64,000 nt of DNA from Macrostomum hystrix. Lineage: Eukaryota; Animalia; Platyhelminthes. Shown one piece after another: positions 61,331 through 64,000 of this stretch. The notes below the pieces were generated by a model. The model worked only from the letters and a program-made list of their open reading frames with translations, was not told the DNA's origin and did no database searches. The position numbers and the translations under genes are program-made. Position 1 is the first letter of the stretch, and each line of letters starts with the position of its first letter. The DNA lies in NCBI GenBank assembly GCA_950097015.1, contig CATNEN010000007.1, positions 1,054,001 to 1,118,000 of the forward strand, in the 5' to 3' direction.

Positions 61331-61802
61331 ATCCGGCTTGTGTGTTTGTTTGTTTGTTTATATATATTGTTTGTTTATGTCAAATCTGTGAATTTTGTCC
61401 ATCAACAATGATAAATGTAAAACTATAAGAGACTAGAGCGAGTCCTTAAATATGTGTTATCCTTCTTGGTTTAAATGCTGATCAGTTGGACTATTCGCAT
61501 CGAATGTTTATTTGTTTTTGTCTAGTTATCTGTCGGATTGCTGAACGCGAGAATCTTTCATTTGATTATTTCCTGTTTTGCCTTCTTTTATAATCAATGG
61601 CTAAATATCTTGCTTAACTTAAAATCATTTTCTGGTGGCATTGTGTTCCGATCAAATCATTCGTTTGTTGACGATTTAGCTTTCTGTATTCTTCCTGATC
61701 CTAAATCCCTCAGTTAATCTAATCTCTCATGCATTTGTTATTTGAATTCTTAATCACTCTTTAATCCCTGAGATCCATAAATCTCTCACCTAGTCTGATT
61801 CC

Positions 61803-62735
61803 TGATCCTTATCCATCAGTCAGATCCCTTATCCGTCAGTCGGATCCCTTATCCATCAGTCAGATCCCTTATCCATCAGTCAGATCCCTTATCCGTCAGT
61901 CAGATCCCTTATCCATCAGTCAGATCCCTTATCCGTCAGTCGGATCCCTTATCCATCAGTCAGATCCCTTATCCATCAGTCAGATCCCTTATCCATCAGT
62001 CAGATCCCTTATCCGTCAGTCAGATCCCTTATCCATCAGTCAGATCCCTTATCCGTCAGTCAGATCCCTTATCCATCAGTCAGATCCCTTATCCGTCAGT
62101 CGGATCCCTTATCCATCAGTCGGATCCCTTATCCATCAGTCGGATCCCTTATCCGTCAGTCGGATCCCTTATCCATCAGTCGGATCCCTTATCCATCAGT
62201 CGGATCCCTTATCCGTCAGTCGGATCCCTTATCCATCAGTCGGATCCCTTATCCATCAGTCGGATCCCTTATCCATCAGTCGGATCCCTTATCCATCAGT
62301 CGGATCCCTTATCCGTCAGTCAGATCCCTTATCCATCAGTCAGATCCCTTATCCGTCAGTCAGATCCCTTATCCATCAGTCAGATCCCTTATCCGTCAGT
62401 CGGATCCCTTATCCGTCAGTCGGATCCCTTATCCGTCAGTCGGATCCCTTATCCGTCAGTCAGATCCCTAATCCGTCAGTCGGATCCCTTATCTGTCAGT
62501 CAGATCCCTTATCCGTCAGTCGGATCCCTTATCCGTCAGTCGGATCCCTTATCCGTCAGTCAGATCCCTTATCCGTCAGTCGGATCCCTTATCCGTCAGT
62601 CGGATCCCTTATCCGTCAGTCGGATCCCTTATCTGTCAGTCGGATCCCTTATCCGTCAGTCAGATCCCTTATCCGTCAGTCAGATCCCTTATCCGTCAAC
62701 TCAAATCCCTTATCCAGCAATCGAATCCCTAAGCC
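61803..62735. repeat. 20-bp minisatellite (cagtcggatcccttatccgt), ~46 copies
   Basis: Visible array downstream of LRRFIP. Confidence 0.97.
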
Positions 62736-63279
62736 GTCAATCTGATTTGTCATCCCTCAGTTAATCGGATCACTCATAGTTCATTGTATCGATCAGCTAT
62801 CCGTATGCGGATTAATTCATCCCTTTTGTAGCAATCAAAGGTTTCCCTACGCGTGTAATTCTCAGTAACTTAATATTCAAAGGCATTGTGAACACTAGGC
62901 TAGTTTCAGTCTACTGTTTTTCGCCTTCAATAATGCGGTCGCGCCAGTGTTTCTGTGCTTTTCTTATTCAAATCATTTCTTCACTTTGCATGCACAAACT
63001 ACGAGCTGCAAGTATTTTGTTAGAACTGTGCAGCCCAGCGTTCAATCATGTCAGTAATAAAGGAGACATTTTTCAAGTAATAGTCGTCATATTTAGTCTT
63101 CCTTTGAATAATTGTTTGTCATTCACCTTTTCCTTGGAATAAAATGAAATTTTTTGTATACTATTTTCAAATTCGCATCATTCATTGATTCAGTTTATTA
63201 AATTCTTATCTAATAAGGTGCTCTATGTTATTCTTGGTAGTATCTGAATTATTGACATATCTGAATAAATAATCACTTT

Positions 63280-64000
63280 TCTTCTCCTTGGTACCGACAT
63301 GGGTAATTATCTTTCTTGTCCTTGGTACCGACATGGGTAATTATCTTTCTTGTCCTTGGTACCGACATGGGTAATTATCGTTCTTGTCCTTGGTACTGGC
63401 ATGAGTAATTACCTTTCCTCCCCTTGGTACCGACATGGGTAATTATCGTTCTTGTCCTTGGTACTGGCATGAGTAATTACCTTTCCTCCCCTTGGTACCG
63501 ACATGGGTAATTATCGTTCTTGTCCTTGGTACTGGCATGAGTAATTACCTTTCCTCCCCTTGGTACCGACATGGGTAATTATCTTTCTTGTCCTTGGTAC
63601 TGGCATGGCATGAGTAATTACCTTTACTCCCCTTGGTACCGACATGGGTAATTATCGTTCTTGTCCTTGGTACCGACATGGGTAATTATCGTTCTTGTCC
63701 TTGGTACCGACATGAGTAATTACCTTTCCTCCCCTTGGTACCGACATGGGTAATTATCTTTCTTGTCCTTGGTACCGACATGGGTAATTATCTTTCTTGT
63801 CCTTGGTACTGGCATGGCATGAGTAATTACCTTTACTCCCCTTGGTACCGACATGGGTAATTATCGTTCTTGTCCTTGGTACCGACATGGGTAATTATCT
63901 TTCTTGCCCTTGGTACCGACATGGGTAATTATCTTTCTTGTCCTTGGTACTGGCATGGCATGAGTAATTACCTTTACTCCCCTTGGTACCGACATGGGTA
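63280..64000. repeat. 34-bp minisatellite with two alternating variants; runs off the window end
   Basis: Variant A ccttggtaccgacatgggtaattatc(g/t)ttcttgt and variant B ccttggtactggcatgagtaattacctttcctcc. Some B copies carry a ggcat duplication. Confidence 0.95.

Overview
This is eukaryotic (animal) genomic DNA with GT-AG introns, GC-rich exons and AT-rich intergenic sequence. About a third of the window (~21 kb) is made of ~17 unrelated local minisatellites. That organisation suggests a free-living flatworm such as Macrostomum, which is inference only. Five protein-coding genes can be built by hand: a partial ZIP13/SLC39A13 zinc transporter (-), an intronless two-TM protein with a PPxY motif (-), a kelch beta-propeller protein (+), ADP-ribosylhydrolase ARH3 (+) and LRRFIP (+). 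Nearly all long ORFs in the track (e.g. 17744-20677, 33801-36401) are read-throughs of tandem repeats. The most interesting object is a 2.2-kb non-LTR retroelement fragment (31107-33347, -) inserted in a 25-bp satellite. Its 5' end folds into a complete HDV-like self-cleaving ribozyme with a 160-nt J1/2 insert. It continues with structured 98-bp UTR repeats and a DUF4780-like ORF1, and it has no RT ORF. Other notable items are a tRNA-headed repeat family bounded by TTAA and short TIRs, a hAT MITE carrying its own minisatellite, a possible 8-nt microexon, and an intron packed with ~180 GTGAGT donor-like motifs. No CRISPR array, rRNA or intact tRNA gene was found. All family assignments are from motif recognition by eye, not database searches.
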